Shown piece after piece: positions 36,775-47,146 of a stretch of DNA of 50,609 nucleotides (the first letter of the stretch is position 1; each line of letters starts with the position of its first letter). The DNA lies in contig SLJK01000132.1 of assembly GCA_007135125.1 (NCBI GenBank), forward strand, positions 1-50,609, written 5' to 3'. The position numbers and the translations under genes were made by a program. Origin of the DNA: Syntrophomonadaceae bacterium (lineage in GTDB: Bacteria > Bacillota > Dethiobacteria > DTU022 > UBA8154). Under the pieces are notes generated by a model that saw only the letters and a list, made by a program, of their open reading frames with translations, ran no database searches and had not been told where the DNA came from.

Positions 36775-38124
36775 TCACACTGCTTGTAGATAAAGAGCCC
36801 TTTCCAGCCTTATCTTTTGCAGAGCGCAACCCAAATCATAAGTTTCTTCCAGGGCGCCGCCTAAATAGTAAGAAGCGGCAGCACAGCCTCTTCCACACAA
36901 ATAGCGTGCCCAGCAGAAATAACAGTCATCTCTGTCCTCCGCTGCAATAGCCAGTTTATTTCTAAGTCCGCTGCTTTGCAGTGGTTGACCGGAAAGCACA
37001 TTGCCCATGTAAAAAGAATGCTCACCGATAAATTGGTGGCAGGGATATAGGCTTCCATCGGCGGCAACTGCCATGTAATCTATCCCTGCCCCGCAGCCGC
37101 TAAGACGTTTATAAATACAGGGCCCCTTTTCCAGATCTAACTCAAAATGGTAAAAGGAAAAGGGTTGGCCCTCCTTGTGGCGCTGCAAATAGAGCTCTAC
37201 CAGAAGGTCGTATTGCTCTTCCAACCGGGGAAGATCTTTTTCACGCAGGGAGAGAGCACTATCCCTGTCAAGAACAGCAGGTTCCAAAGAAAGATTGTAA
37301 AAACCCTGTTCTAACAGATGCTCAATATCATTACAAAAGTCCAGATTATTGCGAGTAATTGTTCCCCGGATATAATGATGTGGTGGCTCTCTTCTATCTA
37401 AGAGGATGTGAATATTTTTAACCACGGTCTTATAAGAACCACTGCCATCTGCCGTAGTACGTAGCGCATCGTTAACTTCGGGGCGACCATCTAGGCTTAA
37501 TATGACGCTAATATTTTCACTACTTATATGATCTGCCACTTGTTTATTTAGCAGCAGAGCGTTTGTGGTCAGGGTAAAATTAAACTTTTTTCCCCAGAGG
37601 GATTCGTTCTCCCTGGCGTAGGAGACAACCTCTTTTACCAGCGAATAATTTAAAAGAGGTTCTCCTCCAAAAAAATCTATCTCCCGGAAAGGGCCTTCGC
37701 CTGAACCCAGTAGAAAGTCAACTGCTTTCTTTCCTACTTCTTTCTTCATGGTCTCCCTTTCTGTTATACGTGACCCTTGTTGCTGCTGCGTGAAGCAGTA
37801 TTTGCAGCGCAGGTTGCATCCATGGGATACGAAAAGGCAAAGTGCTCTTACTTCCCGGTCTTTTGCGGGACGTACAGCAGGAGAAGGAGCAAACAACAAC
37901 CTTTTTTCAACAAGATCCTTCACCTGGCCGAGAGCCTCCTCTACTTCAGCGGGAGGAAATTGTGGGGCAAGATAAAAGGGAATTTCTTCGTTACTTTTGC
38001 CGTCCAGTAAAAGCTGTACGATCTGCCAACCTAATTCGTCAACACGGTGCAGAGATCCGCTATGCACATCATAAACCAGCTTAATCCCCCTATACTCAAA
38101 CATATGCAGATCTTTATTTTCCAA
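36775..38124 (-). CDS. scfB: SCIFF/ranthipeptide radical SAM-SPASM maturase (ScfB/CteB-like)
   Basis: N-terminal RRE-like region (KLVYDVHSGSLH), CNLRCKYC, DFFGGEPL, KRLSGCGAG...YPCHQF, C..CWARYLC..GC; adjacent SCIFF precursor. Confidence 0.93.
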   Translation of the reverse strand: MENKDLHMFEYRGIKLVYDVHSGSLHRVDELGWQIVQLLLDGKSNEEIPFYLAPQFPPAEVEEALGQVKDLVEKRLLFAPSPAVRPAKDREVRALCLFVSHGCNLRCKYCFTQQQQGSRITERETMKKEVGKKAVDFLLGSGEGPFREIDFFGGEPLLNYSLVKEVVSYARENESLWGKKFNFTLTTNALLLNKQVADHISSENISVILSLDGRPEVNDALRTTADGSGSYKTVVKNIHILLDRREPPHHYIRGTITRNNLDFCNDIEHLLEQGFYNLSLEPAVLDRDSALSLREKDLPRLEEQYDLLVELYLQRHKEGQPFSFYHFELDLEKGPCIYKRLSGCGAGIDYMAVAADGSLYPCHQFIGEHSFYMGNVLSGQPLQSSGLRNKLAIAAEDRDDCYFCWARYLCGRGCAAASYYLGGALEETYDLGCALQKIRLERALYLQAV

Positions 38125-38194
38125 ACCGGTAAAAGCACCGCCCTTATTTTATAACTTTAACATTACCAACATAGATTAATGCACATGATAATCC

Positions 38195-38219
38195 GACTGT
38201 TTCTTATGGGAAAGCAGTC
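38195..38219 (-). terminator. Hairpin between scfA and scfB (possible partial terminator or stabiliser)
   Basis: GACTGTTTC / GAAAGCAGTC stem with one bulge. Confidence 0.4.
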
Positions 38220-38235
38220 AAAGATTCCGAATAAT

Positions 38236-38391
38236 TCAAGCATCTAACTTTTCATCAACCTGCTTGCAATCCAGGTTGCTCACTGTACATGAGGTTTTAC
38301 ATGCCGATTGGCACGAAGTATTGCACTGGTGGCAACCTCTATCATTTTGTAGCTGCAAGTTTCCTTTACGTACAGTCCAAATGTGCTGCAT
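38236..38391 (-). CDS. scfA: SCIFF (six-cysteine) ranthipeptide precursor, 51 aa: MQHIWTVRKGNLQLQNDRGCHQCNTSCQSACKTSCTVSNLDCKQVDEKLDA
   Basis: Translated by hand; GGGGAGG SD; canonical SCQSACKTSCTVxN core; six Cys; absent from the ORF track (<60 aa). Confidence 0.95.
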   Translation of the reverse strand: MQHIWTVRKGNLQLQNDRGCHQCNTSCQSACKTSCTVSNLDCKQVDEKLDA

Positions 38392-38452
38392 AAAAAAACC
38401 TCCCCTTGATTAATAATACACAGGCTGCTAATTCAATAATTATTTTGGTACT

Positions 38453-38482
38453 ATTCTATACCTTTCTTTCTGCCGTAGTCAA
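38453..38482 (-). promoter_or_regulatory. sigma-A-like promoter of scfA
   Basis: TTGACT-N18-TAGAAT downstream of the yajC terminator. Confidence 0.55.
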
Positions 38483-38539
38483 GAAAACAGAGGTCTCTAT
38501 TATCCTATTAAAAATTTACTTTGCTCGATAAATAAATAA

Positions 38540-38567
38540 GCAGGGACCTCTGTACGTTGGCCCCTGC
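38540..38567 (-). terminator. Intrinsic terminator after yajC
   Basis: GCAGGGGCC...GGTCCCTGC stem followed by TTATTTATTT. Confidence 0.7.
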
Positions 38568-38595
38568 ACTTCGATGAAACTACAGGTAGAACTCC

Positions 38596-38877
38596 TTATT
38601 CTTCATCTGTTATAACACGGTCAATACCGCTGCGGGCCATTTTGACATTAACATTATCGGCAATACGGACTACTACCGTATCCTCCCGCACCTCTTTTAA
38701 CATGCCAAAAACGCCTCCAATAGTAACCACACGATCACCTTTTTGTAGTTTGGAAAGCATTTCTTTCCTCTTTTTTTGCTGCTGCTGTTGTGGCCTGATA
38801 AGCAAGAAATAAAAGATAACAAATAGTAAGATGATGGGTAAAAAACCGGCGATTGCTTCCATTTTTTCTCTACTCAC
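38596..38877 (-). CDS. yajC: Preprotein translocase subunit YajC
   Basis: FYFLLIRPQQ, LQKGDRVVTIGG. Confidence 0.96.
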   Translation of the reverse strand: MSREKMEAIAGFLPIILLFVIFYFLLIRPQQQQQKKRKEMLSKLQKGDRVVTIGGVFGMLKEVREDTVVVRIADNVNVKMARSGIDRVITDEE

Positions 38878-38883
38878 TCTCCT

Positions 38884-40005
38884 TTACATATTTATTTCGG
38901 CCTTTTTAAAGCGGGACCAAAATTCACTATAAAAATGTTCAAAAGTTCCAACTTCCAGCGCCTGTCTTATCTGCCTCATAAAATTTGCCAAAAAGAAAAG
39001 ATTATGATAGGTTGTCAGACGCAAAGCCAAGATTTCATTGGCTATTAACAGGTGACGGATGTAAGCCCTGCTGTAATGTTGGCAGCTATAGCAGCTACAT
39101 TTCTCATCAATGGGCATATTATCCATGGCAAATTTTGCATTTCGCAATGAGAGATATCCCTCCGGAACCATAACCCTGCCATTTCTAGCTATGCGCGTGG
39201 GTAGAACAGAATCGAAAAGGTCAATACCTCTGTTAACACCCTCCAGCAGAGCATCTGGTGAACCTATGCCCATAAGGTAGCGAGGCTTATCCTCAGGCAA
39301 CAGGGGAACGGTTATTTTAAGTATTCGGTACATCTCCTCTTTGGTCTCACCTACACTCAAACCGCCTACAGCATATCCTGGAAAATCCAAATCAATTAAC
39401 TCGCGGGAAGATTCCTGTCGCAGTTCTTCATAAATTCCCCCCTGGACGATGGCAAAAAGGGCCTGCTCACTAATATTTTGATGATACTTTTGGCAGCGAT
39501 ATGCCCAGCGCACACTTCTTTCCATGGCCGCCCTGGATTCATCCAAAGTCGCATTAGAGCCAATAACATGATCCAGGGGCATAATAATATCCGCCCCCAG
39601 GTGGTTCTGCACATCTATTGCTTTCTCAGGTGAAAAGAAATGCGTTGAACCGTCAATATGTGAACGAAAAGTAACTCCTTCTTCTGTTACCGAATTCATA
39701 GGACTAAGGCTGAAAACCTGAAAACCGCCGCTATCTGTTAATATAGGGTGATTCCAGTGCATAAATTTATGCAAACCACCAGCAGCATTCAGAACTTCTT
39801 TGCCAGGCCTCAAGTAGAGATGATAGGTGTTGCTGAGAATGATTTGAAATCCTATTTCTTCAAGCTCCTCCGGTGTCATGCCCTTTACCGTTGCTTGAGT
39901 TCCAACCGGCATAAAAGCAGGAGTTTCAACAACTCCTCTTCCGGTTTGTAACTGGCCTAAACGAGCGCCACTACTGCACGTTTTCATTTTCCAAGAAATC
40001 GCCAT
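38884..40005 (-). CDS. tgt: tRNA-guanine transglycosylase
   Basis: [47 protein letters not shown], zinc-site C.C..C...H; start MAISW at 40005. Confidence 0.97.
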   Translation of the reverse strand: MAISWKMKTCSSGARLGQLQTGRGVVETPAFMPVGTQATVKGMTPEELEEIGFQIILSNTYHLYLRPGKEVLNAAGGLHKFMHWNHPILTDSGGFQVFSLSPMNSVTEEGVTFRSHIDGSTHFFSPEKAIDVQNHLGADIIMPLDHVIGSNATLDESRAAMERSVRWAYRCQKYHQNISEQALFAIVQGGIYEELRQESSRELIDLDFPGYAVGGLSVGETKEEMYRILKITVPLLPEDKPRYLMGIGSPDALLEGVNRGIDLFDSVLPTRIARNGRVMVPEGYLSLRNAKFAMDNMPIDEKCSCYSCQHYSRAYIRHLLIANEILALRLTTYHNLFFLANFMRQIRQALEVGTFEHFYSEFWSRFKKAEINM

Positions 40006-40118
40006 CTCATCCACCGCTACTTTATTAATGTAACCTATCTTACCAGTGATGTCAATTAATGACACCAAAAGTGTACTCAGCCATATATGCAGAAAGAATT
40101 TAAATAAGTGTTTGAAGA

Positions 40119-41147
40119 TTATATAATAAGCATCACATCTCCAAAACTAAAAAACCTGTAACGCTGCTTGATAGCTTCCTGGTAAGCTTCTAAAATTTTT
40201 TCTCTACCGGCAAAAGCGGAAACAAGCATTAAAAGGGTAGAACGAGGAAGATGAAAATTTGTTATGAGGGCATCTACCATTTTAAAGTGATATCCAGGGT
40301 AAATAAAAATATCGGTTTCTCCTCGACCAGCTTTTACTTTGCCATTATCATCACCCATCGTCTCCAGTACTCGACAACAGGTAGTGCCCACAGCTACTAC
40401 TTTTTTTCCTTTATCCCTGGCTGTGTTTATTTTTTCCGCTGCTACATGTGTAAGCTCAAAATGTTCGCTGTGCATATCATGGTCTTGCACGTACTCAGCT
40501 TTAACCGGACGAAAAGTATCTATCCCTATATGAAGAGTAAGATAGGTCCAATCTACTCCTTTTTCCTGGAGGCATTCGAATATAGAAGGTGTAAAATGGA
40601 GGCCTGCGGTATGTGCTGCTGCCGAGCCTTCCATCTGTCCATAAACAGTCTGGTATCTCTCAGCATCCGGTAATCGCTTCTTAATATATGGAGGCAGAGG
40701 TATATGTCCCAGCTCTCCCAGTACTTCTTCCAGGGCAACAGATGAAAAGAAACGGACTAGTCGAGCCCCGGATTCTTTAATATCTAGAACAACAGCCTCC
40801 AATTCTCCGTTACCAAAAATTATAATATTCCCCGGGAGCACTTTTTTGCCTGGAGAGCAGAGAACCTCCCAACTGTTTTCCCCTGTTGCTGGATGGAGCA
40901 GCAAGAATTCCACTCTCCCACCGGTATCTTTACGGTGTCCAAGCAATCTTGCCGGAAGCACTTTTGTATTGTTTAAAACAAGCAAATCTTCCTTTTCTAA
41001 ATAAAATGGCAGTCGCTTGAATGAACTGTGTTCAATTTTGCCATTTGAGAGTTTTAACACCAACATTCTTGAGCTATCCCTGTTCTCAAGAGGTTCCTGG
41101 GCAATTAATTCTTGGGGCAGTTCGTAATTAAAATCATTTGTTCGCAT
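40119..41147 (-). CDS. queA: S-adenosylmethionine:tRNA ribosyltransferase-isomerase
   Basis: [52 protein letters not shown]. Confidence 0.97.
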   Translation of the reverse strand: MRTNDFNYELPQELIAQEPLENRDSSRMLVLKLSNGKIEHSSFKRLPFYLEKEDLLVLNNTKVLPARLLGHRKDTGGRVEFLLLHPATGENSWEVLCSPGKKVLPGNIIIFGNGELEAVVLDIKESGARLVRFFSSVALEEVLGELGHIPLPPYIKKRLPDAERYQTVYGQMEGSAAAHTAGLHFTPSIFECLQEKGVDWTYLTLHIGIDTFRPVKAEYVQDHDMHSEHFELTHVAAEKINTARDKGKKVVAVGTTCCRVLETMGDDNGKVKAGRGETDIFIYPGYHFKMVDALITNFHLPRSTLLMLVSAFAGREKILEAYQEAIKQRYRFFSFGDVMLII

Positions 41148-41175
41148 AGGTTATATATCATCCATTATTTATCGT

Positions 41176-42606
41176 TTAGCGGCTCTTAGTTAAAGAAGTC
41201 CCGGGATAATAGAAGGAGAGGATTTCCTGGTAGCTGTATCCCTCTCTGGCACGGTTGTAAGCCCCATTTTGGCTCATACCCACACCATGCCCCCATCCTT
41301 TTCCTTCAAAAATGAAAGCCTTGCGAGGAATATGGCTTACGCTACCATTACCATTTAAAGCATTTAAACTGCTTCCCGTAACCATCTCTTTTGTCCCGTT
41401 ACCATTTATGACCCATTTTCCGTCCAGCCCGGAAAGGTTTTCTTTTCTCGGGCTGCCATTAACACTGTAGGCCACCCATACTTGTTCCTTCAGCTCTTCT
41501 TTTACAGTAAAAAGTTGGCTCCTTAATCCCAGAGCAGTGCGTGCTTCGTCCTTGAAAAGTGCAATGTTTCCCCCATCTCCTTCTATTAAAAGTTCTTCTA
41601 CCCTTCCGCTTTCAAAAGTCGAAGCCACTTTTACCTGCTTCACGCTGCCAAAAGATGGGTGGATATGCTGCTTCAAAAGCCCGGTAATGGAGCTGGCCGG
41701 CAGTTCTGTTTTCCACCGGGCATGAGGATGAATTATCATATTGGATATGCCCAGAGGATTATCTGGATCATCATAAGGATCATGCACACTGTTTAAATAT
41801 GGCAAGGAACTGTTCCAGACATTCTCCGACCGTTCAGTATATCCTCCGCTGGTGGCATAATAATAGGGCTGGACCAGAGAACCATTATAATATAATAATT
41901 CCCCTTTTGTTTCCTCTATCGCCTTGTCGGTGTTGGGAGTTTCTGCCGCCTTGCCTCTGTAGACCTGCGTATATTCAGTATCACAGACATGAATATGCCC
42001 CTTATCCCGTTTGAGCTGGTTATAAAGGGCATAAGTCCTGGCAGCTACAGCCTGTGCTTTTAGTGCTTCCATTCCTCCGTAATTACCCCAAGAAGTGGGC
42101 ATTTCGCAGGGTACTACCCCTTTGAGATAGTATTCTATATCAAGAATGTTTACGACAGTAATATTTCTGTTATCTCCAATTATTTCCAGATTCCCCCGGT
42201 ATTCACTTCCTTTAGGCGCATTATGGAGCCGAAAAGAATACTTGGATGCAGGGCTTGAGACAGGTTGAAGGAGTAAAGGACCTTTAAATATCCCCTGAGC
42301 TTCTCCCTGCCTGTCAACGATTTTTATGCCCTCATTTTCCTTGTAAAATGAATATCTTCCAGGCGAGATATCCAGGATGCTTTCTCTGTTCCTGTCAATT
42401 AAGCGATAATTATTTTCAAAGCTAAGATCAACATGGCTATCCTGCAGAGTGATACCAACTCTAACCTCAGAATAAACACCGGCAGAACCACTGGCAATCT
42501 CTTCCTGGGAATTCCCTGTAAAACCATACAACATCAATCCCATAAACAGCAAAGTTAAAGAGATAATCTTAAAACAAAATAAAGCCGGTTTCACCTTTAA
42601 TAACAC
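41176..42606 (-). CDS. SpoIID/LytB domain peptidoglycan lytic transglycosylase
   Basis: YRGNL, YLKGVVPCEM, ALKAQAVAARTYA, GWGHGVGMSQNGA...ILSFYYPG; N-terminal signal or TM. Confidence 0.9.
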   Translation of the reverse strand: MLLKVKPALFCFKIISLTLLFMGLMLYGFTGNSQEEIASGSAGVYSEVRVGITLQDSHVDLSFENNYRLIDRNRESILDISPGRYSFYKENEGIKIVDRQGEAQGIFKGPLLLQPVSSPASKYSFRLHNAPKGSEYRGNLEIIGDNRNITVVNILDIEYYLKGVVPCEMPTSWGNYGGMEALKAQAVAARTYALYNQLKRDKGHIHVCDTEYTQVYRGKAAETPNTDKAIEETKGELLYYNGSLVQPYYYATSGGYTERSENVWNSSLPYLNSVHDPYDDPDNPLGISNMIIHPHARWKTELPASSITGLLKQHIHPSFGSVKQVKVASTFESGRVEELLIEGDGGNIALFKDEARTALGLRSQLFTVKEELKEQVWVAYSVNGSPRKENLSGLDGKWVINGNGTKEMVTGSSLNALNGNGSVSHIPRKAFIFEGKGWGHGVGMSQNGAYNRAREGYSYQEILSFYYPGTSLTKSR

Positions 42607-42723
42607 CTCATTTCATTTGCAGTGAAACTTGAAACAGTTTTTACTTAGCTTACCATCGATGCCGAACTTATCAGTTTAACGTTCTATGCTCAAAAAAATT
42701 TCTCAAACAACTGTTAAGATATT

Positions 42724-42948
42724 CTACCTTCGCATCAGATTAACTATGATTGTTAAAATGATACTAATAATAATCATGGTGGTAATGGGAATAAAGACAG
42801 TTAGGTTTTCTCTTCTTAGCAAAATATCACCGGGCAAACGTCCCAAGCCAAAGCGTTCGAGGGCAATGAGTATGAGACCTACTGTTACAGTCACGAAACC
42901 AACAGCCAGTAATAATCTGCCGATATTAGCCGTGCCCAATAAAAACAC
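42724..42948 (-). CDS. DUF2905 family small membrane protein
   Basis: LGRLPGDI....N....IPITT motif. Confidence 0.88.
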   Translation of the reverse strand: MFLLGTANIGRLLLAVGFVTVTVGLILIALERFGLGRLPGDILLRRENLTVFIPITTMIIISIILTIIVNLMRR

Positions 42949-43032
42949 CTCTATTGATATTTTCGCAAGCTCTCCGTAAACGCTTTAGATAAACGATGAA
43001 AGATAGCAAAGAATAATCCTCAAGAGCATATT

Positions 43033-43584
43033 TTAACTTCGCCCGTTGCGAGACAAATAGTAGCGCTCTTTTTCACTAAAAATACAGCCGCAGTAACCCT
43101 GTCGATATATTTCCGCTTTTTTGGCTTTCTCCATACTTTCCTGAAAACCTTCTCGAAGATCACTATAAACAAAATTCACCCCAAACTCCTCGGATATCTC
43201 TTCCCCTGTTTTTTTAAGTAATTCATGTTTCTGATAGGGGCTGAGTAGTAATGAAGTTGAGAAATAAGGTATGCCATTTTCCAGGGCATAGGCAGCCGTT
43301 TTTTTCAACCGCCATTGGTAGCAGATAGCGCAGCGATCTGTATTACTTTCCATAGCCATGGAGAGAAACTCTTCCAGTGGATAGTCATCATAGTAGATGA
43401 TCTCTTTCTTTTCTGAAGCAGCCAATGAATAAAGCGCTTTTTTTCTTCTTGCAAGTTCTCTATAGGGCTGAATGTTGGGATTAAAAAAAAGTCCCTGTAT
43501 TTTAAAGCCTTTGTGTTGAAAATAATGCCATGTATAAATACTGCAGGGCGCACAGCAAATATGCAAAAGCAACTTATCCGCCAC
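43033..43584 (-). CDS. queH: Epoxyqueuosine reductase QueH (DUF208)
   Basis: LLHICCAPC, FFNPNIQP, C..CY..RL, FSTSLL.SPYQ, YRQGYCGC. Confidence 0.92.
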   Translation of the reverse strand: MADKLLLHICCAPCSIYTWHYFQHKGFKIQGLFFNPNIQPYRELARRKKALYSLAASEKKEIIYYDDYPLEEFLSMAMESNTDRCAICYQWRLKKTAAYALENGIPYFSTSLLLSPYQKHELLKKTGEEISEEFGVNFVYSDLREGFQESMEKAKKAEIYRQGYCGCIFSEKERYYLSRNGRS

Positions 43585-43621
43585 TTGTGTAGAAAACCTC
43601 CTTGTTTAAGCGCTCCTGCTT

Positions 43622-44641
43622 TTATAAACTCTGCTGACCAAAGCGATTTTGTGGTATATCAAGGTGTTTGTAAACCATTTCTGTTACCATCCTGCCCCTG
43701 GAAGTTCGTTTTAAAAAACCTATTTTCATCAGGTAGGGTTCATAAATCTCTTCAATAGTTCCTGCCTCTTCATTAACAGAAGCAGCGATAGTCTCCAGGC
43801 CTACGGGCCCTCCATCAAATTTATGTATAATAGTCTCCAGGTACAAATAATCAGTGCGGTCCAGGCCAATCCTGTCAACTTCTAAAACCTCCAGGGCAGC
43901 AGCAGCAACTTTACCGGTAATGGTTCCCTGTGCCCGGATCTGAGCATAATCCCTTACCCTTCTTAAAAGCCTGTTGGCAATACGGGGAGTACCCCTCGAA
44001 GCCAGGGCAATTAACTCAGCACCCACATCGTCAATCTCTACCCCGACCATCAAAGCCGATCGCTCAATAATACTGCAAAGATCTTGAGGGGGATAAAATT
44101 CTATCCTTTCCACAATGCCAAAACGGTCACGCAAGGGAGAAGAGATCAAGCCGGCACGAGTTGTAGCACCAACCAGAGTGAAAGGCACCAGGTCTAATCT
44201 TAAAGAGCGAGCGGAAGGGCCTTTGCCAACAATAATATCCAGTGAAAAATCTTCCATGGCTGGATAAAGAATCTCCTCCACGGTGCGCTGCAGGCGATGG
44301 ATTTCATCAATAAAAAGTATATCCCCCTGGGAAAGGTTCGTTAACAAAGCCGCCAGGTCGCCAGATTTTTCTATGGCAGGGCCGGAAGTAACTTTAATGT
44401 TGCCCCCCATTTCCTTGGAAACAATGAAAGCCAGAGTCGTTTTGCCAAGGCCCGGAGGACCGTGAAGAAGGAGATGATCAAGAGGCTCCTTTCGTTGCCT
44501 GGCTGCCTGTATGTAGATCTCCAACTTGTCTTTCAAAGAACACTGTCCTATAAAATCGCCTAATTGTTGGGGACGCAAACCATTTTCATAATGCAAATCT
44601 TCCCCTCTAAGACGTGAAGAGACAATTCTTTCTTCTTCCAT
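43622..44641 (-). CDS. ruvB: Holliday junction branch migration helicase RuvB
   Basis: [42 protein letters not shown]. Confidence 0.98.
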   Translation of the reverse strand: MEEERIVSSRLRGEDLHYENGLRPQQLGDFIGQCSLKDKLEIYIQAARQRKEPLDHLLLHGPPGLGKTTLAFIVSKEMGGNIKVTSGPAIEKSGDLAALLTNLSQGDILFIDEIHRLQRTVEEILYPAMEDFSLDIIVGKGPSARSLRLDLVPFTLVGATTRAGLISSPLRDRFGIVERIEFYPPQDLCSIIERSALMVGVEIDDVGAELIALASRGTPRIANRLLRRVRDYAQIRAQGTITGKVAAAALEVLEVDRIGLDRTDYLYLETIIHKFDGGPVGLETIAASVNEEAGTIEEIYEPYLMKIGFLKRTSRGRMVTEMVYKHLDIPQNRFGQQSL

Positions 44642-44664
44642 CTTTTATACCCCCTGATAAAGCC

Positions 44665-45270
44665 TTAGGGATGCCTGCCTGCCAAAAAGTTTAAAGCTTC
44701 CCTGAACAGTATCTCAACTTCAATGCTCTTTTTTTCTCCGAGAGTTTTTCTAGCCCTGGCTACCTCCTGAGAGGAATAACCTAGACCAAGCAGGGCCTGT
44801 TGAACATCAGACCAACTATCAACCTCCCTTTCAGGATTACTCAAAGAGCCGTGTATTTCCTCTGTTTGACCCACTAATTTTTCATGCAGCTCATACACCA
44901 GGCGCTTTGCTGTTTTCCCGCCGATACCGGGTACACAGGTTAACGTATTAATGTCTTCTTCCACAATAGCTCTCCGCAGTTGTGAACAGGAAAGATGTCC
45001 CAACAGTGCCAGAGCTACTTTAGGCCCTACTCCGCTTATACTTGTGAGCATCAAAAATAGATCTTTTTCTTCCTTAGCTCGAAAGCCGTAAAGAACCAGC
45101 TCTTCATCTTTAAGCTGCAAATATGTAGTAATTGTTATCTCTTCACCTAGTGCGGGTAGATCAAAATAAAAAGATGGAGGAATCAAAACCTGAATACCGA
45201 GCCCCATTACCCCCACTATGACATATTGAGGGTGTGATTCGAGAAGCTTTCCCTGAATATAACTTAGCAT
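44665..45270 (-). CDS. ruvA: Holliday junction DNA-binding protein RuvA
   Basis: LYGF, ISGVGPKVAL, VPGIGGKTA, ALLGLGY. Confidence 0.96.
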   Translation of the reverse strand: MLSYIQGKLLESHPQYVIVGVMGLGIQVLIPPSFYFDLPALGEEITITTYLQLKDEELVLYGFRAKEEKDLFLMLTSISGVGPKVALALLGHLSCSQLRRAIVEEDINTLTCVPGIGGKTAKRLVYELHEKLVGQTEEIHGSLSNPEREVDSWSDVQQALLGLGYSSQEVARARKTLGEKKSIEVEILFREALNFLAGRHP

Positions 45271-45298
45271 CTCTATATACACCTTCTAAATAAATACT

Positions 45299-45802
45299 TT
45301 AATGATCGACTTTTTCTCCTGTCAGTTGCTGCCATTTATATGACTGAAGATGACAAAGTGCCACTGCCAGTGCATCAGCCGCATCGTCTGGAGAAGGTAT
45401 CTGGGGGAGTTTTAAGATAATGGCCACCATATGTTGAACCTGTCTTTTCTCTGCACGACCATAGCCTACTACAGCCTGCTTAACCTGCAATGGGGTATAT
45501 TCAAAAATAGGAAGCTGTTTTTCTGCCGCTGCAGTAAAAATAGCTCCCCTGGCTTCACCTACTTGCACGGCAGTACTAATATTCTTGCAAAAAAACAGCT
45601 TTTCTACCGCCACCATCTCTGGAGAAAACCTGTTCACCAGGATAATTACATTGTTATAAATTGAAAATATACGCTGTTCAAGGGTCTGAGCTGAAGGAGT
45701 GCTTATGATTCCATAATCCAAGCCTTGAAAGTTCTGGTTATTATTTTCTACAACTCCGTATCCTGTCGTAGCCAAGCCGGGATCTATACCCAGAACTCGC
45801 AT
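45299..45802 (-). CDS. ruvC: Crossover junction endodeoxyribonuclease RuvC
   Basis: LGIDPG, AVEKLFF, EYTP.QVKQAVVGYG.AEK.QV, DDAADALAVA. Confidence 0.97.
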   Translation of the reverse strand: MRVLGIDPGLATTGYGVVENNNQNFQGLDYGIISTPSAQTLEQRIFSIYNNVIILVNRFSPEMVAVEKLFFCKNISTAVQVGEARGAIFTAAAEKQLPIFEYTPLQVKQAVVGYGRAEKRQVQHMVAIILKLPQIPSPDDAADALAVALCHLQSYKWQQLTGEKVDH

Positions 45803-45884
45803 CTATTCATTCTCCCTCTCCAAGAAGTACTGTTATTTTTATCTGTGACAAGTCTCCCTCAACACCACGTAAAATGTAAAACCT

Positions 45885-46652
45885 TTAACCATGTATTTCA
45901 AGACAGGATTGCATTATTTCTTCGGAGATATCGTAATTAGCATAGACATTCTGGACATCATCATGTTCCTCCAAGAGTTCCATCAACGAAAGTACTTTTT
46001 CTGCTTCCTGAGGATTGTCAATATGAACAGTGCTTTGAGGAATCATGGTGACTTCTGCATTACTAAGAGGAATACCATTTTCTTTAAATTTTGCTTTTAC
46101 TTGTTCGAACCTTTCAGGAGCTGTTGTAATAACAAAACTACCATCTTCATCTTTAAAGTCCTCTGCTCCTTCTTCCAGCGCCAAAAGCAGCAGATCATCT
46201 TCCGCAGGTAATTCTTCATCTTTTTCTACTACCAGGTACCCCTTGCGATCGAACATCCAGGCCACGCACCCTGATTCGCCCATGCTTCCTCCCTGCTTGG
46301 CAAAAATATTCCGTATTTCTGCAGCAGTTCTATTGCGATTATCAGTTAAAATATCAAGAAGAACAGCTACACCACCTGGTGCATAACCTTCATAATTTGC
46401 CTGTTCATAACTAATTCCATCTATTTCGCCAAGCCCTTTTTGGATGGCACGATTAATATTGTTCTGGGGCATATTGGCTTCCCTGGCTTTTTGAACCGCA
46501 AGGCGAAGTCGAGAATTATCGTTAATATCTCCCCCACCTTCCCTGGCAGCTACCATTAATTCCTTGGCCAATTTGGTGAAGACCTTCCCTTTTTGTTCAT
46601 CTGCCCTCGCTTTACGGTGTTTAACATTGGCCCACTTGGAATGTCCGGCCAC
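45885..46652 (-). CDS. YebC/PmpR family protein
   Basis: MAGHSKWANVKH, YEGYAPGGVA, TDNRNRT, DDVQNVY. Confidence 0.97.
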   Translation of the reverse strand: MAGHSKWANVKHRKARADEQKGKVFTKLAKELMVAAREGGGDINDNSRLRLAVQKAREANMPQNNINRAIQKGLGEIDGISYEQANYEGYAPGGVAVLLDILTDNRNRTAAEIRNIFAKQGGSMGESGCVAWMFDRKGYLVVEKDEELPAEDDLLLLALEEGAEDFKDEDGSFVITTAPERFEQVKAKFKENGIPLSNAEVTMIPQSTVHIDNPQEAEKVLSLMELLEEHDDVQNVYANYDISEEIMQSCLEIHG

Positions 46653-46664
46653 CTTTATTCCCTC

Positions 46665-47123
46665 CTAAGAAGAGATCAGTCTAACAGGATCCCCGTTTCT
46701 GACCATTCCGCCTTTAATAACCCTTGCAAAAATTCCTTCCCGGGGCATAACACAGTCACCAGCCTGATAATAAATGGCACAGCGTTCATGGCACTCCTTA
46801 CCTAATTGAGTTACTTCTAGCACAACATCATCGCCCAATTGCAATTTTTGTCCGATCGGCAGTGAAATCAACATAAGTCCGCTGGTGGTTATATTTTCAG
46901 CAAAATCACCGGGGTGTACATTAAGACCCTTCTCTCTCATTGTAGAAATACTCTCTAAGGCCAACAAACTTACCTGTCTGTGCCAATCACCGCTATGGGC
47001 ATCCTTATCCATTCCATATTCCTCAATTAATAGAGCCTCTTCTATATCTTTCTTTCTTTCTCCTTTATTTGCGCTTCGACAAACTGCTACAATTTTTCCT
47101 TCATCCTGGAGATTATTATCCAT
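46665..47123 (-). CDS. MOSC domain protein
   Basis: DAHSG.WHRQVSLL, PGDFAENITT, LEVTQLGKECH..C, MPREGIFA. Confidence 0.92.
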   Translation of the reverse strand: MDNNLQDEGKIVAVCRSANKGERKKDIEEALLIEEYGMDKDAHSGDWHRQVSLLALESISTMREKGLNVHPGDFAENITTSGLMLISLPIGQKLQLGDDVVLEVTQLGKECHERCAIYYQAGDCVMPREGIFARVIKGGMVRNGDPVRLISS

Positions 47124-47146
47124 TTTATATGCCTCCTGCGTAATTA

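Noticed and set aside
36775-36810. ScfB C-terminal ECA motif reads ERA (Cys lost)
   Set aside because: By alignment with CteB this last Cys is not among the auxiliary-cluster ligands I recall; the seven SPASM Cys appear present
41176-42606. SpoIID/LytB gene as evidence of sporulation
   Set aside because: queA-linked SpoIID/LytB homologs also occur in non-sporulating bacteria, so it is not diagnostic
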